64,000 nt of DNA from Pelagomonas calceolata. Its lineage: Eukaryota. Below the pieces are notes generated by a model. That model searched no databases. It saw nothing but the letters and a program-made list of their open reading frames with translations, and had not been told where the DNA came from. The translations under genes were made by a program, and so were the position numbers. The DNA is taken from positions 1,054,001-1,118,000 of the forward strand of contig CAKKNE010000006.1 in NCBI GenBank assembly GCA_918797485.1, given 5' to 3'. Below are positions 53,884 to 64,000 of the stretch, one piece after another (within the stretch, counting starts at the first letter, position 1; each line of letters begins with the position of its first letter).

Positions 53884-54430
53884 GGGTAATGCTGCTTGTG
53901 ATGGTGCGGCTGCGAGCAAGCTGTCCAGTGGCTGCCCAGGGTGAGACGCACGTACGTGTTGCGCCCCGCGCAGTGCTGATCGATGGCACTACACTCGAGT
54001 CGGAGTTGGGCGCCTAGGAGCCGAGAGGGCTGCCCACAACAAGCCGGCACACACCTTTGGCAGGGACCCCTAGTGGGTTTCTCACGGCGCGCCCCGCACG
54101 CTGTGGCGGGCTTTGCGACCTAGATCGCACCCCATCAGTCCCCGTCGGACGCGTCGCGCGACGCAGCTGGCCGGCGTGGCAACCGCGCGCGGCTCCACCA
54201 TCGGTCCAGCCTGAACAGAGGAGCGGTCGCACCCGTGCGACCGCTCCGCATTCGCCCACCAGCGGACGCCCCGCCGCGCGTGACCACATTCCGATGGACG
54301 AAATCGCTCCCCGTGGGCAGCGCCTTCCGCTTTCATCGCCTGTTAGGCAAAAGCAGCAACGAACAGCTGCCAAAGCGCTGCCCCCGCCGACCCCCAGCCA
54401 ACGCTTACCCCGTGCACACGTCGCTGCTCA

Positions 54431-54549
54431 GTGCGTAACTCAAATGTCGCTGCGCGCGTCGCCGCCATTGCTGAATCCTGGCATCCACGCCACCGACGCG
54501 ACGCCAGCGCGATGGCGTGCACCCGACTCACTGGTTGATTTGCGCGCAG
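54431..54549 (+). mobile_element. Probable 5'-UTR introner-like intron of the AMT gene
   Basis: GTGCGT donor. The 3' end CACCCGACTCACTGGTTGATTTGCGCGCAG matches the TIR-family subterminal region. Confidence 0.62.
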
Positions 54550-54564
54550 GTGCTCCTCTCGATC

Positions 54565-56098
54565 ATGGCCGAGACAATCACTGCGGACGCCGTCGCCGAC
54601 GCCGTCGCGCCGGGCGGCATTGATGCTGGTCATACGGCGTGGATCCTCATGTCCTGCGCCCTCGTGAACTTCATGACGCCGGGCCTGGCCTTCTTCTACG
54701 GCGGCCTCGTCCGGCGCAACCACGTGCTCTCGATCATCATCCAGAATTACGTTTGCATGGGAATCATCACGCTGATCTGGGTCGTCTGGGGCTTCTCGCT
54801 CTGCTTCGGCGCGTCCGGCTGGTTCTACGGCGACCCGGGCGACTTCGTGATGCTCAACCGCGTCTCCGGCGCGCCGCTGCCGCACGAGGGCCGCGGCAAG
54901 ATGGGCGAGGCCTACGTCGAGGGCATCCCGGGCTTGGTCTTCGCCGCGTATCAAGGGATGTTCGCCGTGATTACGCCGGCGCTGATGACTGGCGCTTTTG
55001 CCGAAAGGATTAAGTTCGCGCCGTTTCTCGTGTTCGTGGTGCTCTGGGTGCACCTCGTGTACTTTCCCTGGTGCCACTGGGTCTGGGGCCCGAACGGCTG
55101 GCTGATGACCTGGGGCGTCTGCGACTTTGCTGGAGGTTTAGTTGTGCACGTGACGGCTGGGTTCTCGGCTCTGGCTACGGTCATGGCCCTGCCGTCGAGA
55201 GAAAAGCTCGAGGGCGCCCCGGTCGACACGACGCCGCACAATGTTCCGTATGTAGCTTTAGGGACGGCCTTGCTCTGGTTCGGCTGGTTCGGCTTCAACG
55301 GCGGGAGCGCCCTCGGCTCGGACAGTGTTGCCGCATATGCTTTGATCAACACGGAGATTTCTGCCAGTGTAGCTCTATTGGTCTGGATGTTCATCGAGTG
55401 GAAGCTCGAGGGAAAACCGAGTTTGGTAGGCGTCTGCGTCGGCGCCATCGCCGGCCTCGCCACGATCACGCCGGCGGCGGGCTTCGTCAAGCCGTGGGCG
55501 GCGGTCGTGATTGGCACCGCCTCGGCCATCTTCTGCTACGCCTGCGTTTATGGATTGACGAAGATGGGCTACGACGACGCGTTAGATGTGTGGGGCGTCC
55601 ACGGCATGGGCGGCTTCCTCGGGACGTGTCTGTTGGGCGTGCTGGCGGAACACGACGTGAACGGGGTGTCCGGCGCGATCTCGGCGTCCCGCGGTGCTGC
55701 GGCGCCTTCACGCCGTCGACGCGACTCGTCTCCATCTCACAATGAAGTGGGTGGTTCGTTTTTCGAATTTGAGGCCGTTCGGACCGCGGCGAGTGACCGC
55801 GATGCTCCGCGCAGGCGACTGGAATCAGTTCAAGAAGCAACTCGCGGCGGCGTTGCTTTGTGCTATTTACAGTTTCGTCGTGGCCTTCGCGCTCATGAAG
55901 GGTTTGATGCTGGTGATGGACGTCGTCCCGGACGTGGAAATGGTGCGGTCGGGCCTCGACTACTCGATGCACGGCATGCTCGCGCACAATTCTGATGATG
56001 ACGACGCGAAGCCGAAGAAGAGCGCCGCGCGGGGCCCCGAGAAGACGGAGGAGATGGACGGTAGTGGTGCGAAGGTCGGCATCCGCCTCGACCCCTGA
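54565..56098 (+). CDS. Ammonium transporter (Amt/Mep, AMT2/AmtB-like); exons 54565-55672, 55815-56098
   Basis: MTPGLAFFYGG, FAVITPAL.TGA.AER, DFAGG.VVH, LLWFGWFGFNGGS and DDALDVWGVHG.GG (twin His). Confidence 0.95.
55673..55814 (+). mobile_element. Introner-like GC-AG intron (142 bp)
   Basis: GCGCGATCTCGGCGTCC...GCTCCGCGCAG. Restores the final TM helix. Confidence 0.85.
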
Positions 56099-56217
56099 GT
56101 TGTGAGGTCGTGAGCCGCCCAATTCGTCGCAAGCCCCCCTCCCTACCCGCGGCTCCCTCACAAGTGAACATAACACCGTTGTCTGCACTACTCGATGACG
56201 AGACAATAATGTTACGG

Positions 56218-56733
56218 CTAGTGGCGCGACACGAGCATGCGCCCTCGCTGTGATACGCTCGACAGGCCGACGGTCCGGCTCAGGACCACTGAGCCGGACT
56301 TGGCCAGCGGCGACGTGTAGGAGCCGGGCCCGAGGTGGTGGCCGTCGAAGCCCCACTCCATGGGCGCCGATGCGACGTAGTTGAGGCCGTTCGGGTCCAG
56401 GCGCGACGACCGTCCGGACGACCGAGCCCACGAACTTTGTGGTCTTTGCAATTGACTTGGAGAGAAGAATTCAAACCCAGACGGAATGTCGTAGCACGAG
56501 GGCACGTCGACGAATTCGAGGGAAGGCTCCGAGAGCTTCCGCCGCGTCTTCGAGATGACGCTGCCCCCCGTGAGGAACGGCTTCTTGGACCGGCGCGAGT
56601 ACCTGACCGGCAGGTGCGCCCGCGCGTAGTGGTGGATGTCGCTCCCGTTCTGGAGGAGCGAGTGGTCCTTGAGGGCCGGCGACGGCAGCGCGTGGACGTA
56701 GCCGCCCAATTGGCTGCTCTGCATGAGGGACAT
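56218..56733 (-). CDS. Hypothetical protein with GPGSY motif
   Basis: ATG ORF with host-like codons. Confidence 0.5.
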   Translation of the reverse strand: MSLMQSSQLGGYVHALPSPALKDHSLLQNGSDIHHYARAHLPVRYSRRSKKPFLTGGSVISKTRRKLSEPSLEFVDVPSCYDIPSGFEFFSPSQLQRPQSSWARSSGRSSRLDPNGLNYVASAPMEWGFDGHHLGPGSYTSPLAKSGSVVLSRTVGLSSVSQRGRMLVSRH

Positions 56734-57290
56734 GCCGGCGCTGCCGCCGGGAGCGCTCCCTCGTGGGGTGCGGGGTCGGGCGGCGCCCGGACGCGCTGCG
56801 GCGGTGGCGTCGGTGCAGCCCCGCGGTCTCCTCGCGCGCGCGAGGGCAGCCCTGGCGCGTCCCGGGAGAGCGTGGGTTACTCTTTCCCTCAATTTCTGTT
56901 GATATTCGAACCCTCGGCGAGGAGCTCTCCGGCCCGACGCGCCGGCGGAGCGGTCGCCGCGACGGATGCTGCTTGCTAGTGTGTCTTACAGGACGCTAGC
57001 ACACAGCCTCCGCAGCCAAGCCAATTTCATAGCCTGTGTGCGGCCGGTCAGGCTCGGAGCATCTGTTTTAGATTGCTTTTGTTGAGACAGACCGCCCGCG
57101 ACCGCGTTGGGACGCGCGAAACCGGGCCCGGAGCGCCCACAGCCCTGCCGACCGGCAGCGTCTCTTTTGGACGCTGCCGGCGGGGCGCCGCGGAGCCGTA
57201 TTGGTCCGGCGCCGCCGCCGCTGCAGGGCCGCGCGCGAGCCCGCTCACTCAAGACAAGGACCGCGCAGAGCGTCGCGATAAAACGGGACC

Positions 57291-60200
57291 ATGGCCTCGT
57301 ACCTCTACAATTCCTTAAAGAGAATTGTCGTCGGAGAAGAGGACGACGACCCGTCCTGTCTGAAGGACCCCGTGACCATGGCGCTGTACGAAGATCCTTT
57401 GAAGGGTCTAGGTCTCAAACAAACCGCACAACCGTGGGACACGAGAGACGCGCTGCGGACGAACTGCTTGAATTTAGTAGCGCAATCGTCTCTGAACCGA
57501 CGAGATAAACCTCTACTACCGCATAAATACGCGCTCATCGCCTACCACCTCGCGGCGAAAACCATCAAGGTGACGAAGGCGCAGGACCTCAAAAGGCTCC
57601 TGGACGAGGAACCGCACTTGTTCTCTGGTGCGGTCCCGCGTCGCGCGCAGGTGCCTTCACGCCATCGAGCCGCGTCGTCTCCAGGAGAGAAGGCGTCGGG
57701 CGGTCTTTTTCGCGACTTTGAGCCGTTTCGGACCGCGTCGCGACGCCGTCGTTCCGCGCAGGCCGGCCCACGGACATGCTGCAGATTCTGAGGCCGGTCC
57801 ACTGCGCCGGCGTGCCCACGAATAGTCGTGTCCGAGCGGGCGCGATGTTGCACGTCATCTACGATGATTACGTCCTGTGCCAGGACCCGGGCGACGCGCT
57901 GCCGCACCAGCAGTACGTCTGCAAGGTGTCCTATTGTGGAAGACAACATTTCGTGAGGAGACGGTTCTCGGAGTTTAAATTACTACACGATAAATTACAA
58001 AAAGAATTACTTGTGGTGCCGGGCTTTCCGAGTGCTGATGTGTCCTACAAAGTTGGCCTTGGCGATTATTCAGCGAGAGGCAAGGCTCTCTGTAGATACG
58101 CTTGTAGAGTGCACGCCTCATTGGGCGCGCGGGGCATGTTCTCGCCGCGCTTGCTCGCGTTCCTGGAGATCGACGCGGCTCGTGTTCATATCGAGGAGGA
58201 CGGTGCGGTCTCGGCGTCCCGCGGTGCCTTCACGCCATCGACGCGCGTCGTCTCCAGGAATGCTGGAAGTGGGTGGTCTCTGGTCCAAATTTGAGCCGTT
58301 TCAGACCGCGTCGAGGGACCACGATGCTCACGCAGTCGTTCCGCACAGGTCGCGTCTCGAAGATGCTCGACTCCACGTCCCAGGTCTCGGGGAGCGTCTG
58401 GCACATGGTCGACGAGTTCTGGCTGAAAAAGTGGCGCAAGTTCGTGCTAGGGCGGGCGGCGCGACGTTATGAGCCGCCGGGGCCGATTTCCAACGAACAC
58501 CTCCTCGAGAGTGTGGCGCGCACGCGCTATCTACTGACCGAATCGCTCACGGTGGAGGAAAGGAAGAAGCGCCAGAAGGAGCTCGACGAGCGCGCGACGA
58601 CCGTCCCACCACCAATACGTAGAGAAGCTCGGTTAGAATTCGACCAGCGGAGTGCCGCGGTGGACAAGTACCAGACGCCATTGGACGAGGATAGCAAGGA
58701 GGAACCCGTACAACCGGAGCCCGCGACGATAGGAAAACATTATCGGGCGATCAACTACGACCTGTGGACGTACTGGCGGATGGTGCACGGCGGCGGTGCC
58801 GAGTCAGCGTCTTCACGCCATCTTCATGAATCGTCTCCACGAGAGAATGGTTTCTTTTTCGAATTTGGGGCCGTTCGGACCGCGTCGCGACGTGGTCGCC
58901 GCGGCGCCGTCCCGAGGATCACACGAGCGTCGTCCCCGCGCAGGCCCCTGCATCTCGCGCAAGACGAAGGAAATCACCTCTCCGCCGGCCTGCGGCCCCG
59001 GCCAGGAGGCCGTGTCTCGCTTGCAACGCTTCGGGAGGATGTGCATCTCCAAACAGCGACGCATCGCGAAGTTCTGGAATCATTTATCAGGTACCGCTGC
59101 TGGAGTGAGGGAGGTCTTAGCTGATGCTGCTGAGAGGCGTATAAGAGATAGAGTGGATAGGACCCTGGGCGCGGCGCGGAACAAGCGCACGGAAGGGAGA
59201 TTGAGGTTAGCGGCTCGCTACACGCAGCGCATGTGGCGGTCGAAGCGCGCGTACGCGTTCAACGACGAGAACGTAAAAGTGATGAAGCACGCGCAGGAGA
59301 TCTTCGCGCGGGCCGACGGGGAGGTCGAGCACGCGTCGGCGGGCGCGCCCTTCGTCGTCGAGGAGGGGGAGAGGATCGTGCAGGTCGGCGCGACGGAGCA
59401 GTACGAGATCAAGTTTACCGAGTCGGATGGTCCTTCCTTGCCCGTCGTGTTCAAGCGCCATTCCTGTTCGGAGCTGACGTATGTCCACTCCGTCGGGAAG
59501 GACATGGCGATGAAGAAGGGGCGGGATCAATTGGTGCGGACGCGGCGTCCGTTGGTCTTCTCGCGCGTCGCGTCGATGGCGTCGGGGGGAGAGCAGGCCG
59601 ATTCGGGCCGCCGGTCGCCGCGATGGCGTCGACGCCGTCTTCATGATCACGCGAGGGGTCCACGCGTCGCGCGAGAGCGGGTCGCGGCGATGGCGTCTCG
59701 CGAGCGTCGTGTCGCGCCTCGCAGGTGCCCGACTCCGTGTTATTGGTGGTCCAGTCCTACCCCGTGTCGTCGTTGGCGCACGACCAGGTCATGCACCGGT
59801 TACGTTCGGCAAAATGGCCCGTCACGCTTAGATTTTCGAGACCACTCACCGATAGCGACGTGACACCCCTCGCGCGATGCTTGCAGCTGGAACAGCAGGG
59901 CGAACTGCCCGACGACCTGAAGCTGCAGATGCTCAAGCGGCTCCTCAGCAAGGGCGTCGCGGTCAGGAAACACGGCTCCAGGAAGCAGGCGTACGACACG
60001 GTCGTGTACCTCAACGAGACGATGCTCTTCTGGCGGGTGCGATCTCGGCGTTTTGAAGTGTTGCGGTGCCTTCACGCCATCGACGCGACTCGTGTCCATC
60101 TCACGAGGCCGTTCGGACCGCTTTGACGGAAATGCTCCGCGCAGGTCCGCGACGCCCTTAAGCAGCAGGCCAATTCCAAGGTGCGCAAGAAGAAGAAGAC

Positions 60201-60763
60201 CGAGGACGTCCAGGAGGAGGTGCGCGGTTTGAGTCTCAAACTGTGTGGAAATCAACCAGTGCGTCGGGTGCACCCGACAATTCTTCACTAAGTCATTTCT
60301 CGGCGATGACGTGGCCGTCCTGGCAAGGTCGAGCGGTGAGGGACCGGCATCGCCACGCCATCGAGCAGGCGTCGCGTCGATGGCGTGGAGGTCGACGCGA
60401 CGATTCAGCACGAACGCGCCGTAAAATTTTGATTTCCACACAGGTCTCAAATATGATCTCACTAAGGGTGTCGGTTTGTACGATCTGCGGTACGTGCGCG
60501 TGGGCAAGATCTCGTCGTCGTTCAAGCGCTATGCGTCGAAGAAGGCGCCTCAGGACCGGTGTTTGTCGCTATTTTGTGCGGGTTCCAAGACGATAGATCT
60601 GGAGGTGCTCGGTGACGCGAAGGAACGAGATGCCTTCGCGTGGGCCTTCGACAAGATCATTGGCGAAGCGCGGGCGACGCGCATCTTCGTGGACAAGGCC
60701 GGCGCGCCGGTCGCGCGGTCCGAGCCGAAGAAGCGGCTACGGATGATCCTGGGGGCGCACTAA
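57291..60763 (+). CDS. Multidomain protein: PX + DUSP-like + IQ-like + PDZ-like + PH; 7 exons (57291-57627, 57762-58202, 58349-58795, 58944-59533, 59725-60036, 60145-60232, 60444-60763), ~844 aa
   Basis: PX VRRRFSEFKLLHDKL; DUSP WHMVD..WLKKW..PPGPISN..HGGGPCISR; IQ-like ARYTQRMWR; PDZ-like HDQVMHRLRSAKWPVTLRF; PLC-type PH RCLSL..KTIDLE. Confidence 0.82.
57628..57761 (+). mobile_element. Introner-like intron (134 bp)
   Basis: GTGCGG...GGTGCCTTCACGCCATCGA...TTCCGCGCAG. Confidence 0.82.
58203..58348 (+). mobile_element. Introner-like intron (146 bp)
   Basis: GTGCGGTCTCGGCGTCC...TTCCGCACAG. Confidence 0.85.
58796..58943 (+). mobile_element. Introner-like intron (148 bp)
   Basis: GTGCCGAGTCAGCGTC...CCCGCGCAG. 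Restores HGG|GPC. Confidence 0.85.
59534..59724 (+). mobile_element. Introner-like intron (191 bp)
   Basis: GTGCGGACGCGGCGTCC, three copies of CGATGGCGTC, ends CCTCGCAG. Confidence 0.82.
60037..60144 (+). mobile_element. Introner-like intron (108 bp)
   Basis: GTGCGATCTCGGCGTTTTGAAGTGTTGCGGTGCCTTCAC...GCTCCGCGCAG. Confidence 0.88.
60233..60443 (+). mobile_element. Intact TIR-family introner (element 60241-60443, 203 bp)
   Basis: Perfect 15-bp TIR and perfect 8-bp TSD GTCTCAAA (60233-60240 / 60444-60451). Confidence 0.95.
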
Positions 60764-60898
60764 TCGTTTTACTGAATACCTAGTATACCGTGACGGCGTG
60801 ACCTACTAGTATATACATATATATACGGTACTACTACCTACTAGTATACCTTACAACATACATACCTTCGCCTTGCGCCCCCGGCTTTCCAGAGCGAA

Positions 60899-61564
60899 CT
60901 AGGGTATGGGGTAATGAACTCGCGGCCACGTCCGGCAGCCGTCGTCCGGCGGGCCGAGCTCCGAGAGCTCGACGTCGCGCTCGAACGCCTCGCCCATCCA
61001 GCCGCGGCGCGCGGCCCGTCGGCGGACCTCCTCCTCGTCGACGCCCAGGCGCGCCGCCGTATCCCGTATTAATGCGACGCGGCCCTGGATCCGCCGGCGA
61101 GGAAGTGTTGAATGGTCGGGGTCGTAGTCTCCGGTAATCGTGGCCAGGTTCCAGGCGTTCCAGTCGCATCGGTCCGCGAGCTGCGTCAGTTTTGACGCCG
61201 TTGATGGTAGGGCGGTCTCTTCCTGGTAGACGGCCTCCAGCGACTCTCGCGTCACTCCTTCCTCGTCTTCCGTATCCGGTAGCAGGGCGTCCGCCACGGC
61301 GGCGCGCAGTTCATCGTCCGCTGCTGCTGCCGCGTCGCGCGTCAAGTCGAAGCATACGACGTTAAACGCGACGACGAAGAGGAGCAGGCCCCAAACATAC
61401 ACGTTTTCACGGCTCGGTGCGCCCTCGGGGCTGCTGCCCGATGATCCTAAGGAGCTAAGCTTCTTGCCCCACCTGTGAGCATCGGTGCTTACTGGGCTTG
61501 CGCGAGCCGCGGCGGCGGCGGCAGCCACGATGGTGCACGCCGCCGAGAGCATGCATCGTCGCAT
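60899..61564 (-). CDS. Hypothetical membrane protein
   Basis: Signal-like N-terminus and TM segment VYVWGLLLFVVAFNVVCF. Confidence 0.55.
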   Translation of the reverse strand: MRRCMLSAACTIVAAAAAAARASPVSTDAHRWGKKLSSLGSSGSSPEGAPSRENVYVWGLLLFVVAFNVVCFDLTRDAAAAADDELRAAVADALLPDTEDEEGVTRESLEAVYQEETALPSTASKLTQLADRCDWNAWNLATITGDYDPDHSTLPRRRIQGRVALIRDTAARLGVDEEEVRRRAARRGWMGEAFERDVELSELGPPDDGCRTWPRVHYPIP

Positions 61565-62020
61565 GGTTGCGGAGAGCCGGCAATTCCAATTCGAGCCTGG
61601 GGCAGCTCAGATGGGCAGCTCTGCCGGGCGCCGGGACGGGTTGGGCTCCCGGGCCCGCCGCGGAGCCGTCCCGCAACGCCTCTAAACGTCCTCAATCCCC
61701 CGAATTGCGCCCGCGCCAGACGTGCGGGTTCACGGCAACATCCCCCCCCAAAACCAAGCGCTGAGCGGCGGCACGGCGGACGCGCCCGTCTAGTCGCTTG
61801 CATCGCGCGTAGGGCTGCCCGCCGACGCCAGTCGACGCCATAAGACGGCAGCAACGCCGGGAGGGCTGCCGGAACGCTACCAATACTAGCTAGCTCGGCC
61901 GTCCGACGCCGTCGACGCCTCGACGCGGTGGAACAAAGCTGCCGCAGCGACACTACTAAGGTTTGCTGATAGAGCTAGCTAGGCCCCGCTCCGACGCCGT
62001 GTAAATAAACAGACGTCAAG

Positions 62021-64000
62021 ATGCCCGAGTTACCTGAAGGGACGATTAATGCGTTTATACAGAACAAGAACCTGGCCAAGTATGGCCTGCTCAAGGACAA
62101 CGAGGGCGGGTTTCTTGCGGAGAATTTCGTCGACTATCAGCTCATCGATAGGTGCGATCTCGGCGTCCTGCGGTGCTGCGGCGCCTTCACGCCATCGACG
62201 CGACTCGTGTCCATCTCACGATGCCGGGGGTGGTCTCTGGTCCAAATTTGGGCCGATTCGGACCGCGTCCATCATTCCTGGAGACGACGCGCGTCGACCG
62301 CCGCACGCCGCCGCGCGACCGCGACGCTCCGCGCAGGCACGAAACCCTCGAGGAAATAGTAGCGGTGGGATGGATGAGCGACTTCCACCCCTTCAACAAG
62401 GACCTCGTGGCGGACCCCTCGCCGAAGATTTTAGTTATTGTCGACCGAGAACAAACCTACGGCGACTTCTGGCGCGTTTGCTTGACCGCCGAGGCCCAAG
62501 AACGGGAGATGAAGGCCATTAATGCTGAGCAAGAAGAGGCGCGACTTCTGGCCGAGGCCATCGAGGCGGAGCGGCTGCGCGTCGAGGAGGAAGCTAGAAA
62601 GGCAGCGACGGCCGTGTACGACGACTCGCCTATTGTAGCGAAGGCCTACGCGTCGGAGACGAGGGATGAGACGTTCGAGGACGTCGCGGCGTTGGACGTC
62701 GTGCCCGAACGGCCGCTGATGCAGTTCCAGCTGTCGCGACCTGTGTGGAAATCAAAATTTTACGGCGCGTTCGTGCTGAATCGTCGCGTCAACCTCCACG
62801 CCATCGACGCGATGCCGGCTCGATGGCGTGGCGATGCCGGTTCCTCGCCGCTCGAGCGAGCCAGGATATCGGCCGACGCACTGGTTGATTTCAACACAGG
62901 TCGCGACCGGCCGACTCGATCGGCGAGCCTCGCGTGTTTGCCGACCTCTCGGCGGACAACGAGATGTTCACGGAATCGCGCTCGACGAAAAATCCTGATT
63001 TCGCCCTGGAACGACGGGAAATGTCCGTCTCCGTCCAGGCCTGCAAGGTCAAGAAAGATACGGGTTCGCAGACCTGGACGCGGCCCATCCAGGCCAGTAC
63101 GCAGTACCACCCTGTTGGAGACGCCTACCAGCTCCCACCACCTCCCCCAGAGTCGAAAAGAGAACGCCAGGCGTCCCGACAGAAGCTCGTGAACGGTAAA
63201 AAGGGCCAGGTCGAGGAGGACACTAGTCTGATGACCGAGGACCAGCTCAACGAAAGAAAGAAGGCTGCGGAGCGAGACAGGAGCTACGCGCACGTCGCCC
63301 GGTTCCTCGCCAAGACCTTTGGGCTGATGGAGAACGCGCTGGAACAGAACGAGACGGTCGACGTGTTCGGGGATCTTTTTAAGGGTGCTGACTCAGCGTC
63401 CGTTTTTGATGAATGAACTTCAAGGTCGCGTCGATGGCGTCGGCGCGACGCCACGCCACCGCGGCGCCGTCGACGGGGCCGTGTGAGAGTCCACGGGTCT
63501 CGTGAGCGTCGCGTCGCGACCGCGGCCCCGCGCAGGTACTGGGGCCGGCGCCGAAGACCTGGAAGCGTCCAAAGGTGCGCTCGGTGAATTGAAAGAATTA
63601 CGGACCTTCGCCGACATCAACAGGACGAAAGGAAAACACTTACACAGCTTGCAGTGGCACCCCGCTCGCAAGGGCGTCGTCGCCGTCGGCCCGCGCTCCA
63701 ACTTAACCTTCGAGGACCGTTTACCGTCGAGTGGCTTTTCGTCGTCGTCGCACGTCCTGTACTGGGACTTTGCTGATTTAATAACGCCGTTACTCGTGTT
63801 GGAGGCGCCTTATAGCGTGGAAGCCTTTGCGATTAACACAGAGCGGCCCCACCTCGTCTGTGGCGGCCTCGAGAACGGCCAGGTGCTCGTCTGGGACACG
63901 TCGGCATCCACACAAGCTATCGACGCGAAGCGACAGCGAGAGAAGCGGCGACTCGCGGGAGAAAGCACGAAGGACGACGAGGAAGCGGCTCTCTTTGATG
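62021..64000 (+). CDS. DNAI3: Axonemal dynein intermediate chain WDR63/IC140-like, 3' end outside window; exons 62021-62151, 62337-62732, 62900-63384, 63536->64000
   Basis: SDFHP, ILVIVDRE.TYG, STQYHP, ALEQNE.VDVF, LKE.RTFAD..LQWHP and GGLENGQVLVWD. Confidence 0.82.
62152..62336 (+). mobile_element. Introner-like intron (185 bp)
   Basis: GTGCGATCTCGGCGTCC...CGACGCTCCGCGCAG. Confidence 0.88.
62733..62899 (+). mobile_element. Intact TIR-family introner (element 62741-62899, 159 bp)
   Basis: TIR 14/15 and perfect TSD GTCGCGAC (62733-62740 / 62900-62907). Confidence 0.95.
63385..63535 (+). mobile_element. Introner-like intron (151 bp)
   Basis: GTGCTGACTCAGCGTC...GAACTTCAAGGTCGCGTCGATGGCGTCG...CCCGCGCAG. 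Confidence 0.88.

Noticed and set aside
59800..60596. ORFs ending in ISTQ or starting WKS (also near 26036-26082 and 62740)
   Set aside because: These are translations of the TIR element, not genes.
1..64000. Autonomous transposase, tRNA or rRNA genes, or programmed frameshifting
   Set aside because: No DDE, RT or structural-RNA signature was recognised. Frame breaks in the conserved genes are explained by GT/GC-AG introns.

Overview
GC-rich, gene-dense eukaryotic nuclear DNA. It most likely comes from a flagellated photosynthetic stramenopile such as a pelagophyte. This is an inference from a plastid-type FtsZ with a bipartite-like presequence, several axonemal genes, and an intron style like the introner elements described in Aureococcus. 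About 32 protein-coding genes can be reconstructed, including TTLL, a DEAD-box helicase, a TPR-kinase-phosphoesterase fusion, UBA1, GH79, RPL39, RPS9, a MYND/RING protein, FtsZ, CCDC115, UTP14, ABCF2, CFAP58, an EF-hand/EML protein, AMT, a PX-DUSP-PDZ-PH protein and DNAI3/WDR63. The dominant signal is about 35 short spliceosomal introns, nearly all sharing repeated sequence modules. The youngest are intact miniature DNA transposons with 15-bp TIRs (CTGTGTGGAAATCAA...TTGATTTCCACACAG) and 8-bp TSDs. The TIR supplies the AG acceptor and the TSD supplies the GT/GC donor, in either insertion orientation. The window shows an apparent age series from perfect elements to eroded ordinary-looking introns, internal exon lengths clustering near multiples of ~147 nt, and a recurrent GCTAG...CTAGC upstream motif. 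All intron calls are based on frame restoration by eye, with no RNA data.
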